Assembly (NCBI GenBank): GCA_000934665.2
Contig: KZ538396.1
Location: 56,681-76,680 of the forward strand
Direction of reading: 5' to 3'
From: Catajapyx aquilonaris
Taxonomy: Eukaryota
DNA: 20,000 nt
Of this stretch, positions 1 through 9,025 are shown in pieces (positions within the stretch are counted from its first letter, which is position 1; every line of letters begins with the position of its first letter). A program made the translations under genes and the position numbers. The notes beneath the pieces are model-generated. The model worked only from the letters and a program-made list of their open reading frames with translations, was not told the DNA's origin and did not search any database.

Positions 1-1726
1 GAGCCCTCAATAAGGTTTTTTCCTTGTCTCGCACCTGCCATATTATTCTGGCAGCATCATTGACATGATTACATTCCCTAATTGACCCACATTATGATGT
101 GTAATTTTGGTTCTGCAGCATGGTCTGTCAGCTACAGAGAAACACACTTACAGTGTTGAACTGTATTCATGTTGGTTTGTAGCTTTATGTAGCATGGTGA
201 TCAGATTGACTATTAAGGAGTTCATTGGACTTTCCTGGCCGTTAAGGCTCTTAAGCCCTTCCACTAAAGGAAATACACAAAATCAACTACAACAATAATT
301 TTAAAATCTCTGGAAATCAAGCGTCGAGCTTCCAGTCAAGTCGTCCAGCCATCAGTCCTATTCTTCCCCAAGTCCATGCATGCACCACCCCGCCCTCAGC
401 CTCAACTCCTGTTCTCATATCAGGTCTCAGATAAGACTGACTGTGCGTAGAAGTTACATGAATTATTATGATGAAATAAGGCAGGCCACTGATATCAATA
501 TGAGCAAGTCCAGGAACAAGTTTGCTAAAAGTCTGGACAATTCATAGTCACTAGTGGATCATATGATTCACGGCCAAGTAGCAGGAGAGCCGGGTGATAT
601 TCTGAAAGGAAACCTTGCCCAAAACCTCTTTGGGTCCAAGTGTGATGAGGGTTGGTGACACAGGGATGTGGGATATAGGGAGACAGCATAAGGAAAAGAA
701 ATGTAATAATGACTTGGAATGCACTGTTTCCACGATATTTCCATCTGCATGTGAGCTCAATTCTTAAACAGTGTAACCAAGCATTCCTGCCACAGTTTCA
801 GAATCATATCATATGTAACCAGCTACAGACTGTCAAGCATTAGTGCAGTGCTGCATTACTGCAGAGGTCGTAATATTCTGATGCAAAGATGCAATTTTCA
901 CTCCAAAATTGTTATACGCACTCCAAACTGAGCCTTGGAGTGCAAACCTTGTGCCTGGACAAAAAAAGAAAGAAAAAAAATCAACATTTCAACCCCAGTT
1001 ACTGTATGCATAGTTTTCTATTAAAAGTCAAATTCCACCCACCACCTTTTCCGAATACTGCCCCCTCCAGGCAATCCACCGTGATAACTGAGGGTGATAA
1101 GAATCTCGGAAAGATGTGGCATTGCCATATGCCATGTATTTGACAACAAAATACATCAGCAATTATCATAAGCAAGGTAATCTTTCTGAGATGCCAATCA
1201 TCCTCGGTCATCATGATGGGCTGTCCGTAGTGGTGGAATTCAGATTAGGCAGTGGGTAGGATCAAGCTCTTGGTAGGATTGATCTCTTAACAGAAGATGA
1301 ACATAACATGATTAATATTGGATTGGGCTGAAGCTAAGATTGTTAATTTCAATAGGTGTAAGTTAATTACGCGTAGGTGACCAAGGGCTGTGATGGTATG
1401 TTTATTGCATTTGGAGTATTTCATTTTATTTCACTTTGATAATTGCATTGTTGAGTTCAGGGAACTTGACTGATGGCCAATTGTATGAACACAAATGGGG
1501 GACAAAGTCTCAGATTGCCGGATTATCCATTGTGAATACATTGAGATGAGCAGAGGTTTTCCCTAATTTGCTTTCATACGACTGGCCCTAGTTCATTATG
1601 AGGTGAGAACTCCAGCTAAAATTGCTAACATCCTGCTTTCTTGGAATTAATGAAAGACTATATCATCACTGAAGGACACTGAATCTATAAATTGCTGCAT
1701 GTGAATACATCTTTCTCACTTCACAG

Positions 1727-1892
1727 GTATACAAGAGCACAAAGAACGTGGATGAGGCCAGAGCCCTGTTCGCGAAGTACAGTGCTGTGACTGATGAAGA
1801 CCCCTATCCGTTTTTGAGGTGGAGGGACATTGTCGTGGCTAAAAAGCAACCCATGAAGATGTTTGTTCAGCCAAACACTCGCATGGATGAGA
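1727..1892 (+). CDS. DPP3: Dipeptidyl peptidase 3 (M49 family), penultimate coding exon
   Basis: Acceptor ctttctcacttcacag| and donor |gtaagt. Translates VYKSTKNVDEARALFAKYSAVTDEDPYPFLRWRDIVVAKKQPMKMFVQPNTRMDE, which matches the DPP3 C-terminus as I recall it (human VLKSTGDVAGGRALYEGYATVTD...FLTLRDTVLLRKESRKLIVQPNTR). 166 nt, ends in phase 1. Confidence 0.95.
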
Positions 1893-2086
1893 GTAAGTCT
1901 TGAAGTTAGGGCCAGTTGTATTTGAGGAAATTAGGATACATATCTGATTTTGTGTTGGTATTCATAATACACAAAGCAACAGTGTTGCAGATTTTCTCCT
2001 TAATTTACTTTCATACTACTGGCCCTAAGCTGTCATTTTGCTTGTAATGTCTTGTTACTTACCCTCAATCTTGCTTTCACCTGCAG

Positions 2087-2220
2087 AAGGAGATATCACC
2101 CTTACAAACTATGAGCCAACACATGAAGGCCTGATCCAATCCTGGGTTGATCGTTACACCGAGGAGATGGATGACATGCTGTACCAACTTGCAATGGATG
2201 ATAAGGAATTCTTTGACTGA
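2087..2220 (+). CDS. DPP3: Dipeptidyl peptidase 3, last coding exon
   Basis: Acceptor ctttcacctgcag|, phase-compatible with the previous exon (A+AA=K). Reads KGDITLTNYEPTHEGLIQSWVDRYTEEMDDMLYQLAMDDKEFFD*, similar to human DVQLLEYEASAAGLIRSFSERF...EILTQLATADARFW. Confidence 0.95.
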
Positions 2221-2284
2221 TAAGTTTGTCAAGGGTTTCCCACATCATTTCTACTATCCTTGTTCATAGTGGGTTCTTTGCATT

Positions 2285-2290
2285 AATAAA
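2285..2290 (+). terminator. Polyadenylation signal of DPP3
   Basis: AATAAA 64 nt after the stop, followed by a GU/U-rich tract (gttttgatgcattttgtatgtct). Confidence 0.65.
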
Positions 2291-2377
2291 GCAAGCACTT
2301 GTTTTGATGCATTTTGTATGTCTTCAGGTTTTCATACCACAGCACAGTGTGGCCAAACGCGTGAATTCTGGGACAAT

Positions 2378-2746
2378 GGCCCCCACTCCACACGTATTTG
2401 TCACTATGTGGTCACGACTTTCCTCTGATTTTCAAGACAAAAAGTATCGAATTTCACTTTGAATGACACTCCAAACGACCGACTAGATTCCCCAGTTATA
2501 GATTCACTTTGCTCTAAGTACATATAATTGCACCTTTTATCGAGGTAGCATACTGCTACCCTGACAAATGTGACCTCCTTTTGGAAAAATGTGGACTCAT
2601 GTGGACTTGAAATGAAGTGAGTCTATAACCGGGGAGTCTAGTCTTTCATTTAATGTGTGATTCGAAGTGAAATTTGGTGTAATCAGCAACTTTTCATTTT
2701 TAAAAGGAGAGGATGGATGTTATGACAAATGCGCATAATGGAAGCC
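2378..2746. mobile_element. Old degenerate foldback MITE (possibly PIF/Harbinger type)
   Basis: 2481-2510 and 2614-2643 are inverted repeats (26/30). Further inverted blocks: aatttcactttgaatgacac / gtgtgattcgaagtgaaatt, and cgtatttgtca / tgacaaatgcg. Ends GGC...GCC; boundaries approximate. Confidence 0.6.
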
Positions 2747-2965
2747 TCAACAGAAGAACAACTGCCACTGGCATTTCGAGGTCACATTCAAATTGCTAAG
2801 TGAGAGAAAGGGAAGACCTTGCGGTGGGTGGGGGGGAAATGATCAAGGTCTATTTCATGTGAAACTGAGATGTTGCAATTTCAAACTTTGAAGGCCCACC
2901 ACAAATCTTGTGTACATCCCAACGTTGCTTTGAAAGTCATTATTAATGGTACATACCTTGGGGTA

Positions 2966-3175
2966 CACCTGCGAGCATAAAGTTGGAGACGCTGCGGGCC
3001 TTCTCTGACCTTTCTTTATCCGACTCAAATTAATTGCCTCTTTTTGGAACGAGTTGGCTGTTTCAGGCCTGTGTTCGTGTATTTATAACAGTATATTTGA
3101 TGCCGTAATAGCCGAGATTGGAAGAGCACCTTGCCGAAGGTGAGGGCCTGACGTCTCCAACTTTATGCTCGGGTG
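2966..3175. mobile_element. Tc1/mariner-type MITE (210 bp)
   Basis: TIRs CACCTGCGAGCATAAAGTTGGAGACG and CGTCTCCAACTTTATGCTCGGGTG, flanked by TA at 2964-2965 and 3176-3177. Confidence 0.85.
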
Positions 3176-3572
3176 TACATGCAACAATTAAAACCAACAT
3201 TGTTGTTGCATAGTTTTTTGTTTTTTTTGTATTACCCTGTGATAAGGGCCATGGGCCCTGTTAGGGGGAAAGGGGAGATTCCGCAGGGAGGGCACTCTTA
3301 ACCCAGATATGCCTGGCAGACAGGCGTGGTTCTGTCACACAGGGCATGGCCTCCATTCGTCTTAGCGGTGGTCGAATGACGCGGAAAAGACACAAAAACC
3401 GAAAGAATCCGTCAGTTGACGTACTTTCAATTAGCACACCCCTGATCTTAATTGACACTCCCTCCTCAGCGAAGGAATATATTTCGTGTGCAGGTGTGTT
3501 GTGGACGAAAACCTTTCTTTGAGTCCAGCAAGGAACATTTCCCCCAAATGACTTGTTCTCAGTAACATCATT

Positions 3573-3911
3573 CAGGGCCGGCCCTAGGTGGGTGCGGGGC
3601 CTAGGGCAAGAACTAAATGCGGGGCCTATTCTCAGTGAGTGAATTTCTGTACAACAATCCAACAATTTTGTTGGCTGACTTTCTATAATAACGTACAACT
3701 GAGGGGCGTATACAGAAAATTTTAGGGTGCGGGCCCATAAGCAGTAGAGGGAGGGGAGGAAGCCCGCCGCAGGTGAAAATTTTTTGAAGTTCAAGGTCAC
3801 ACGAGCTTAGTTGAATGTAGTAGATTTGAATGGGTGTGTATTGATGAAATACTCGTTCAAAATGTCATTAACTCTTGACTTACCGTATTTTATGAGCTCT
3901 CTCTCTCTCTT

Positions 3912-3967
<56 letters not shown>

Positions 3968-4036
3968 CGCGGGGCCCCCCAGAAGCGCGGGGCTCCGGGC
4001 GGTCGCCCGGACTGCCCACCCCTAAGGCCGGCTCTG
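3573..4036. mobile_element. hAT-type non-autonomous element (464 bp)
   Basis: TIRs CAGGGCCGGCCCTAGG / CCTAAGGCCGGCTCTG (14/16). Perfect 8-bp TSD ACATCATT at 3565-3572 and 4037-4044. Repeated subterminal GCGGGGCC motifs. Confidence 0.92.
3897..3965. repeat. (CT)n microsatellite inside the hAT element
   Basis: About 69 nt of CT repeats with two TT interruptions. Confidence 0.98.
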
Positions 4037-4417
4037 ACATCATTATTTTCCCTGCGTATCCCTTGCTACTGATGTGTAAGCAGGCAGAAGAGACCCGTCG
4101 CTGGGTCGTCCGCGTCATTCACTCAATTTGTAAACAGTGGCAACAATCAAAGCACTCTCCATGTGCCGATGTTTGAACTGGCCCGCCGGACGGGGTTTCC
4201 AGGTAACGGGCTACAATATAAGCAGCTTAGGCCGAATTTGTCAATAACTAAAACGACAAAAAAGTTTGATCACCCTGTATATAGGACATCTAATTTTGCA
4301 ATAAGTGATTGAAACAAAAATGTGAAATTTTGAAAAATGGCTTCTACACCTCCACTACAGAGGGTTCTTCCAAAGTATTACTAAATACTTGCACAAATGG
4401 CTTCTCTGGTCTCAGGA

Positions 4418-5976
4418 GGGTATAACGGAAACGTGTTCATTGCGGAATTTTAGAGTCGCGTGCTATTCAGATATGTATACAGGTTTCGCTGTATATAAAT
4501 ATACAGTGAAACCCGTCCACAAAGGACCCTGTGTATAATGGAAACTTGCCTATTGCGAAATTTTTCTGGTAACTGGTGTATGAAATTTACACAATTTCCG
4601 CTATATTCGACACGGAAATTGTGTACGTTCCATACGCCAGTTACCAGAAAAAATCCGCAGTATGCAAGTTTTCGTTATCCACAGGGTCCGTTGTGGACAG
4701 GTTTTACTTCCCATCTAGCTATATTCAGTGAAACCTGTGCATATCGGAAGTGCACGGGACTCGAATATTCCGCAATGAACAAGTTTCCGTTATACAGGGT
4801 GGTTGGTAAATGGCGCACAAGCTTCTGGTAGCGAGATTCCTTGTGAAAAACCAGTATATGGAAGTGAAGGTCATATTGCTCTACGAGGCCTGGTTAGGGC
4901 TCACGAGGCCTCCAAAGTTTGGGCCAAATAATGACGTCACATCCGCCCCCGAAATTCAAACACTACCGTATCGCTACTGTCTGTGATTTCGTTGCCAGGG
5001 ATTGCCATGTTGACATCCCCCACATTTCCACACAACAATGGTACCGTATAAACTGGCCGGGACGTTGCCAGGCATTGCCATACCTTCGTCGCCGCGTGCC
5101 TGGCAACGTCCATATGAGTTTATACGGTTCCATTGTTTGGTGAACATGTGGGGAATGTCAACATGGAAATCCCTGGCAACGAAATCGCAGACAGTAGCGA
5201 TACGGTAGTGTTTGAATTTCGCGGGCGGATGTGACGTCATGATTTGGCCCAAACTTTGGAGGCCTCGTGAGCCCTAACCAGGCCTCGTAGAGCAATATGA
5301 CCTTCACTTCCATATACTGGTTTTTCACAACGAATCTCGCTACCTGAAGCTTGTGCGCCATTTACCGACCACCCTGTATACAAGGTCCCTTATGGACAGG
5401 TTTTACTTCCCATCTAGCTATATCAGTGAAATCTGCGCATGGCGTAAATGCATGGGATGATAAAATTTTCCGTAATGAGCAAGTTTCCGCTATATTCGAC
5501 GCAGAGATCGTGTACTCTCCATACGCCCGTTACCAGAAAAATTCCGCTATAGGCAAGTTTCCGTTATGTTCAGGGTCCGTTATATGGACAAGATTCACTT
5601 CAGATCAATATGTAGTGAAACCTGTCCATAACGTAGCCTGCCCTGAATGTTACAAAAACTTGTCCATTGCAGAATTTTTCCGGGAACGGGCGTATGCATA
5701 GGACATAAATACTGTGTCGAATATAGCGGAAACGGCTGATATACCGTACTAGGCCTTATATATCCAACATCGTTAAATGGTTCAAAAACAGCACCACTTT
5801 TTTTTCTCCCCCCACTCTCTACCACCTCTGCCCACAATGCTTTGCGGCATTGCAGCATTCACTTCCACTCTTACCCGTTTGGTGCTGATGACTAGGAAAA
5901 TCGTCATTTTCAGTGGAAACTTGTCAATTACGATTTTTAGGGGACCGTGCTATTCTGCTATACACAGGTTTCACTG
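4418..5976. mobile_element. Array of five related pogo/Tigger-like MITE units
   Basis: Units at about 4418-4491, 4504-4709, 4726-5408 (interrupted), 5424-5600 and 5613-5976. Each is bounded by CAGTGAAACCTGT-like termini or their reverse complement, and they share GGAAACTTG / CAAGTTTCCG motifs. TA flanks at 4492-4493, 4502-4503 and 5977-5978. Confidence 0.75.
4795..5376. mobile_element. Near-perfect foldback (palindromic) Tc1/mariner-type MITE, 582 bp
   Basis: Arms 4795-5074 and 5097-5376 (280 bp each, no net indel) around a 22-nt loop. Termini CAGGGTGGTYGGTAAATGGCGCACAAGCTTC with a TA duplication. Removing it restores the host MITE motif aagtttccgttatacaaggtccc. Confidence 0.95.
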
Positions 5977-6546
5977 TATCCAAAAGCGAATGTTTGTATG
6001 CATGTATGTTTGATTGTACATGGCAGTGGGTTACCATAGCTACGGTGGTTGCCGGGTAACCCTCGTTTTAAAAATAGAGATTCATAAAAATTCAGTTCGA
6101 CAAAACGCACAAAATCCGCACACATACAGTAGCCTAGAGTACCGGTGCTTGACTTGCCGGTCCATTTGTGGTGCATTTGCCGAGTGTCCCTCATAGGGGA
6201 CACTTGGTTTCAATGCCACCCTCAGACAAGGAATGTAAAAAATATGCCTATATCTCCACATCGACATCATCATTCATAAGTTTTCTAAGTATTACAAACA
6301 AAAAATTACTCATAATGCTAATCAACATTCGATAATTAATTACTAATCGTCTTCGGAACGTGGAGGTGCAGCCATTGTTTCCTGCGTTAAAATTCGAACA
6401 CCTCTATCTTAAAAATCTGCAGCAATATTGAGCAGGTTTGAACTTGCATCTTTAGCTGGGACTCTCCTGAAGCCCCCGTGACTACTGCCAGCTCTTTAGC
6501 AGCAGAAGAACCTGCGCAAAAAAATTAAAATGTAACAACTGTGCAG

Positions 6547-6789
6547 GTGTCCCCTATAGGGCACACTCAGCATATCTGGGTTAATCGGTTTGTAGTCATT
6601 TCTGACCCTCTTAAATACCAGACCTTTTCTCCTGGCCCTGGGAAGAGAAGGGAGTGAAATTCTTCCTGGACATGTCGGGTGAAAATCAGAAAAAGACCCG
6701 ACCAAGCAGAGGTGACGGGCACGGGATTTGAAGCCCGGACCTCCTGCTTGGCTGGCCAGTAGCATAGCCACTAAACCACTATGCCCCCC
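6547..6789 (-). mobile_element. tRNA-Gly-like-derived SINE
   Basis: Minus strand GCATAGTGGTTTAGTGG (A box)...GCCAGCCAAGCAGGAGGTCCGGGCTTCAAATCCCG (degenerate B box), resembling tRNA-Gly(GCC). About 170 nt of non-tRNA body follows, ending in the stem-loop GTGTGCCCTATAGGGGACAC. Confidence 0.8.
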
Positions 6790-6800
6790 ATCATAGGTTT

Positions 6801-7060
6801 TTATTTATCAACATCAGTAGGCCTACCATATGTGGCAAAGGGCAGGTCCACATAAAAATGTCGATAACCCTGGGGTATCAATGGCATGAGGCTCTGCAAA
6901 TCATTGTATTTCACTTGCGAAATTGGCAGTCGCCCTGGATATATCTCACGAGACTGACCAGAAGGTGCTACATTCCTCTTCACAACAATCGACAATCCCC
7001 ATGGCCCATCAAGTGTTCCTGTGAAAGATAAGCTTGGGTTCATTTTCAAGGATCTTCCAC
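6801..7060 (-). pseudogene. C-terminal fragment of a DNA transposase (Sola/DUF7869-like)
   Basis: ORF 6801-7169 ends ...EIYPGRLPISQVKYNDLQSLMPLIPQGYRHFYVDLPF. This fits the Y-x3-LPIS-x2-K-x2-DL-x2-L-x3-IP-x2-Y-x2-FY-x2-L tail I recognise from invertebrate Sola-like transposases. The N-terminal part of the ORF is not recognisable. Confidence 0.6.
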
Positions 7061-7463
7061 TCTCTTCTTTTCTGAATAGGAAATGATCATTTGGGGACAG
7101 TTTTTGTAGGTATGAATTACGCAAAACAGATTCGGCTTTCGATGTGCATGTGCAAAAATCGTGGCCCAATCGAAAGGAACAAACATTTCAGAACTCTGGT
7201 TTATCAAGCCAAAATTTTTGTCACACTACTCTATGTAACTGTGACCTCTAGTGGGAAATGTCACTTGGGTTGTAAGAAACCTATGCACAAAGAACTGTAG
7301 CATGATACATGCGGCCTCTGATGATTGTGTAGTTTTTATTTTGCCCCACATATGCAAAAACAGTTGACTGTCGCCGAGTGCAAGGGTGGACGTTGATCAT
7401 TTTCCTCCCAATGGTGGTGGACGTTGATTGTTCTTCCACAATGCCAAATATTTCAGGGCCTGC

Positions 7464-7762
7464 GGGGAGGTGCGGTGGCTGAGCTGGTAACATCTGAGCT
7501 TGCTGATCGAAAGGTCCCGGGTTCGATCCCCGCCGAGGATTTCACTTTCGGCTCGGAGGGTCTCTGATCCGCGCCTTGGAGGTGTCTGGCAACCTAACCT
7601 CCTGGGGACTGCACATGGCCCAGTTTGAGACATTGCACTTGCACCCGTGTCCCCTCCCCAAAAATCTCCATTCCCTTCCCCATGTCCCTTTCTCCCTTGC
7701 ACGGTGTTTCGAAGAAAATTCAGAAAATAGTGATGGAAAAATGCTGGTGTTCCACCCCCCTA
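7464..7762 (+). mobile_element. tRNA-derived SINE, family B copy 1 (3' truncated)
   Basis: A box TGGCTGAGCTGG, B box GGTTCGATCC; colinear with the copy at 8082 through the body. Confidence 0.85.
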
Positions 7763-8081
7763 AATGAGCAATGATTCTGCCAATGCGCATTTGGCAGTGA
7801 CCTTTCTTCCATGACCATTCCAAAAAGGTGGCAGGCGAACATTCGATTTGAGTACCTGCCTGGTGTAAAACCAGTCTCAATTGAACCTACCAAAGCGATT
7901 TTTGTTGTTGTTCAGGCATTACGTTCTTTCATTAGGGACGATTTGACACAGCTGCCAAGTTAGTTTTTTTCCATTTTTGTACAAACTATCCCGCATTTGG
8001 ACACACTGTGCACAGGTAATAAAAAATTCAAGGGATGTAGGCAGGTCTGATGCCCCTAACAAGAATAATTTATTCAATTTC

Positions 8082-8407
8082 GGGGAGGTGTAGACGGCCG
8101 AGATGGTAACGTCTCAGATTGCTGAGTGAAAGGCCCCAGGTTCGATCCCCGCCTGGGGAGTTTTCCTTTCACCTGCATCAGGAGGGTCTCTGACCTGCAC
8201 GTTGGAGGTGTCTGGCAACCAAACCTCCTGGGGAACAGCACATGACCGGTTTAACGACATTGCACTTGACCCTCCCCAAAAATCCCTATCCTTTCCCAAT
8301 GTCTGTTTCCTTGCACCGGAGAACGAAATATATAGAAAACTGATGGGTGTGCCACCCCCCTATAGATCCTGTAAGGGACATCATGGGGGTTTTTTTTAAC
8401 AAAAAAA
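8082..8407 (+). mobile_element. tRNA-derived SINE, family B copy 2
   Basis: A box CGGCCGAGATGG, B box GGTTCGATCC, same body as the 7464 copy. 3' stem-loop CCCCC...GGGGG and A-rich tail. Possible short TSD TCAATT (8074-8079 / 8408-8413). Confidence 0.85.
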
Positions 8408-8995
8408 TCAATTGCACACTTCCAGTTTGGTTTCTCTAGGTCTGGTATGGAGCATTTAGAAAGTAAATTTTTTCATTCTGAGGTGAGGCTAAAGGCTGAG
8501 GAGGTGGGATTGCACAGTTCTTGCACTGTAACAGTCCTTCACATCTGGACTATAAAACTAACACCCCAGCCCTCACAAAAAGAATTTGATTTCCTATTTT
8601 CATTCATGTGAAGTTTCCTTGCATTGTCCTCAACATACATGTGTTGCTTACTAAATTACCATCCTGTAGCTTGCCTAAGGCCAAACTGGGTGCATGACTG
8701 CAATGTCAGACTAAAAAGTTGTGAGTCATCCATCATTGTTGCCCATTTTAAGCACTGCTTGAAAACCCCTCCAACAACTTTTCAGCTCGACATCAAAGTC
8801 CCACCATCTACTTTGTGCCCACCCCCACACAGCATGCTGACTATGATCAAAATTAGGCCAGGCTGCACCGTCATGCCATGGGTTACACTTGACACCCCAG
8901 GCAGCAACCCACAATGGTGCAACAAAGCCTTAAAACGCCCCCAGCTGAACTGGTATATAAATCAGTAACAACAAACTGTCATTCAAAATTCAATG

Positions 8996-9001
8996 TTTAA
9001 T
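8996..9001 (-). terminator. Candidate polyadenylation signal of POLA2 (ATTAAA)
   Basis: ATTAAA on the minus strand 24 nt after the stop, followed by a U/GU-rich tract. Confidence 0.45.
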
Positions 9002-9025
9002 AGATAAAAAATGACAATACAATAT

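Larger units (their letters stand above)
2343..8010. mobile_element. Non-autonomous Transib/RAG-superfamily-like DNA transposon (5668 bp) filled with nested insertions
   Basis: Left end CACAGTGTGGCCAAACGCGTGA; right end (rev. comp.) CACAGTGTGTCCAAATGCGGGA (19/22 identical). ACAA re-aligns at positions 31-34 of both ends. Identical 5-bp flanks CACAG at 2338-2342 and 8011-8015. A 5-bp TSD with a CACAGTG terminus is the Transib hallmark. Confidence 0.75.

Noticed and set aside
3261..4176. ORFs 3261-3800(-), 3807-4118(-) and 3811-4176(+)
   Set aside because: They cross hAT element boundaries and the (CT)n tract (RE/SL repeats); no recognisable protein.
4255..4280. Tc1-like terminus ...aagtttgatcaccctg|ta
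   Set aside because: No matching left TIR found; only a 12-bp internal inverted match (3376-3387 / 4109-4120), so boundaries cannot be set.
4919..5252. Pair of similar ORFs on opposite strands (MGQIMTSHPP...)
   Set aside because: A consequence of the palindromic MITE; TTG starts and no protein features.
4504..5660. Repeat-spacer pattern resembling a CRISPR array
   Set aside because: Eukaryotic context, units in both orientations, irregular spacing and related 'spacers'; explained by MITE ends.
5865..5925. Hammerhead-like CTGATGA...hairpin...GAAAC
   Set aside because: No stem III / UH partner on either side, and the GAAAC belongs to the MITE end motif.
7241..7254. CTCF-like motif CCACTAGAGGTCAC (minus strand)
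   Set aside because: A single short match with a mismatch in the core, inside repeat-derived DNA; no independent support.
7290..7460. Cys-rich stretch NCFCICG on the minus strand, faintly like RAG1/Chapaev N-terminal CxICG motifs
   Set aside because: Flanked by stops and too short to distinguish from chance without a profile search.
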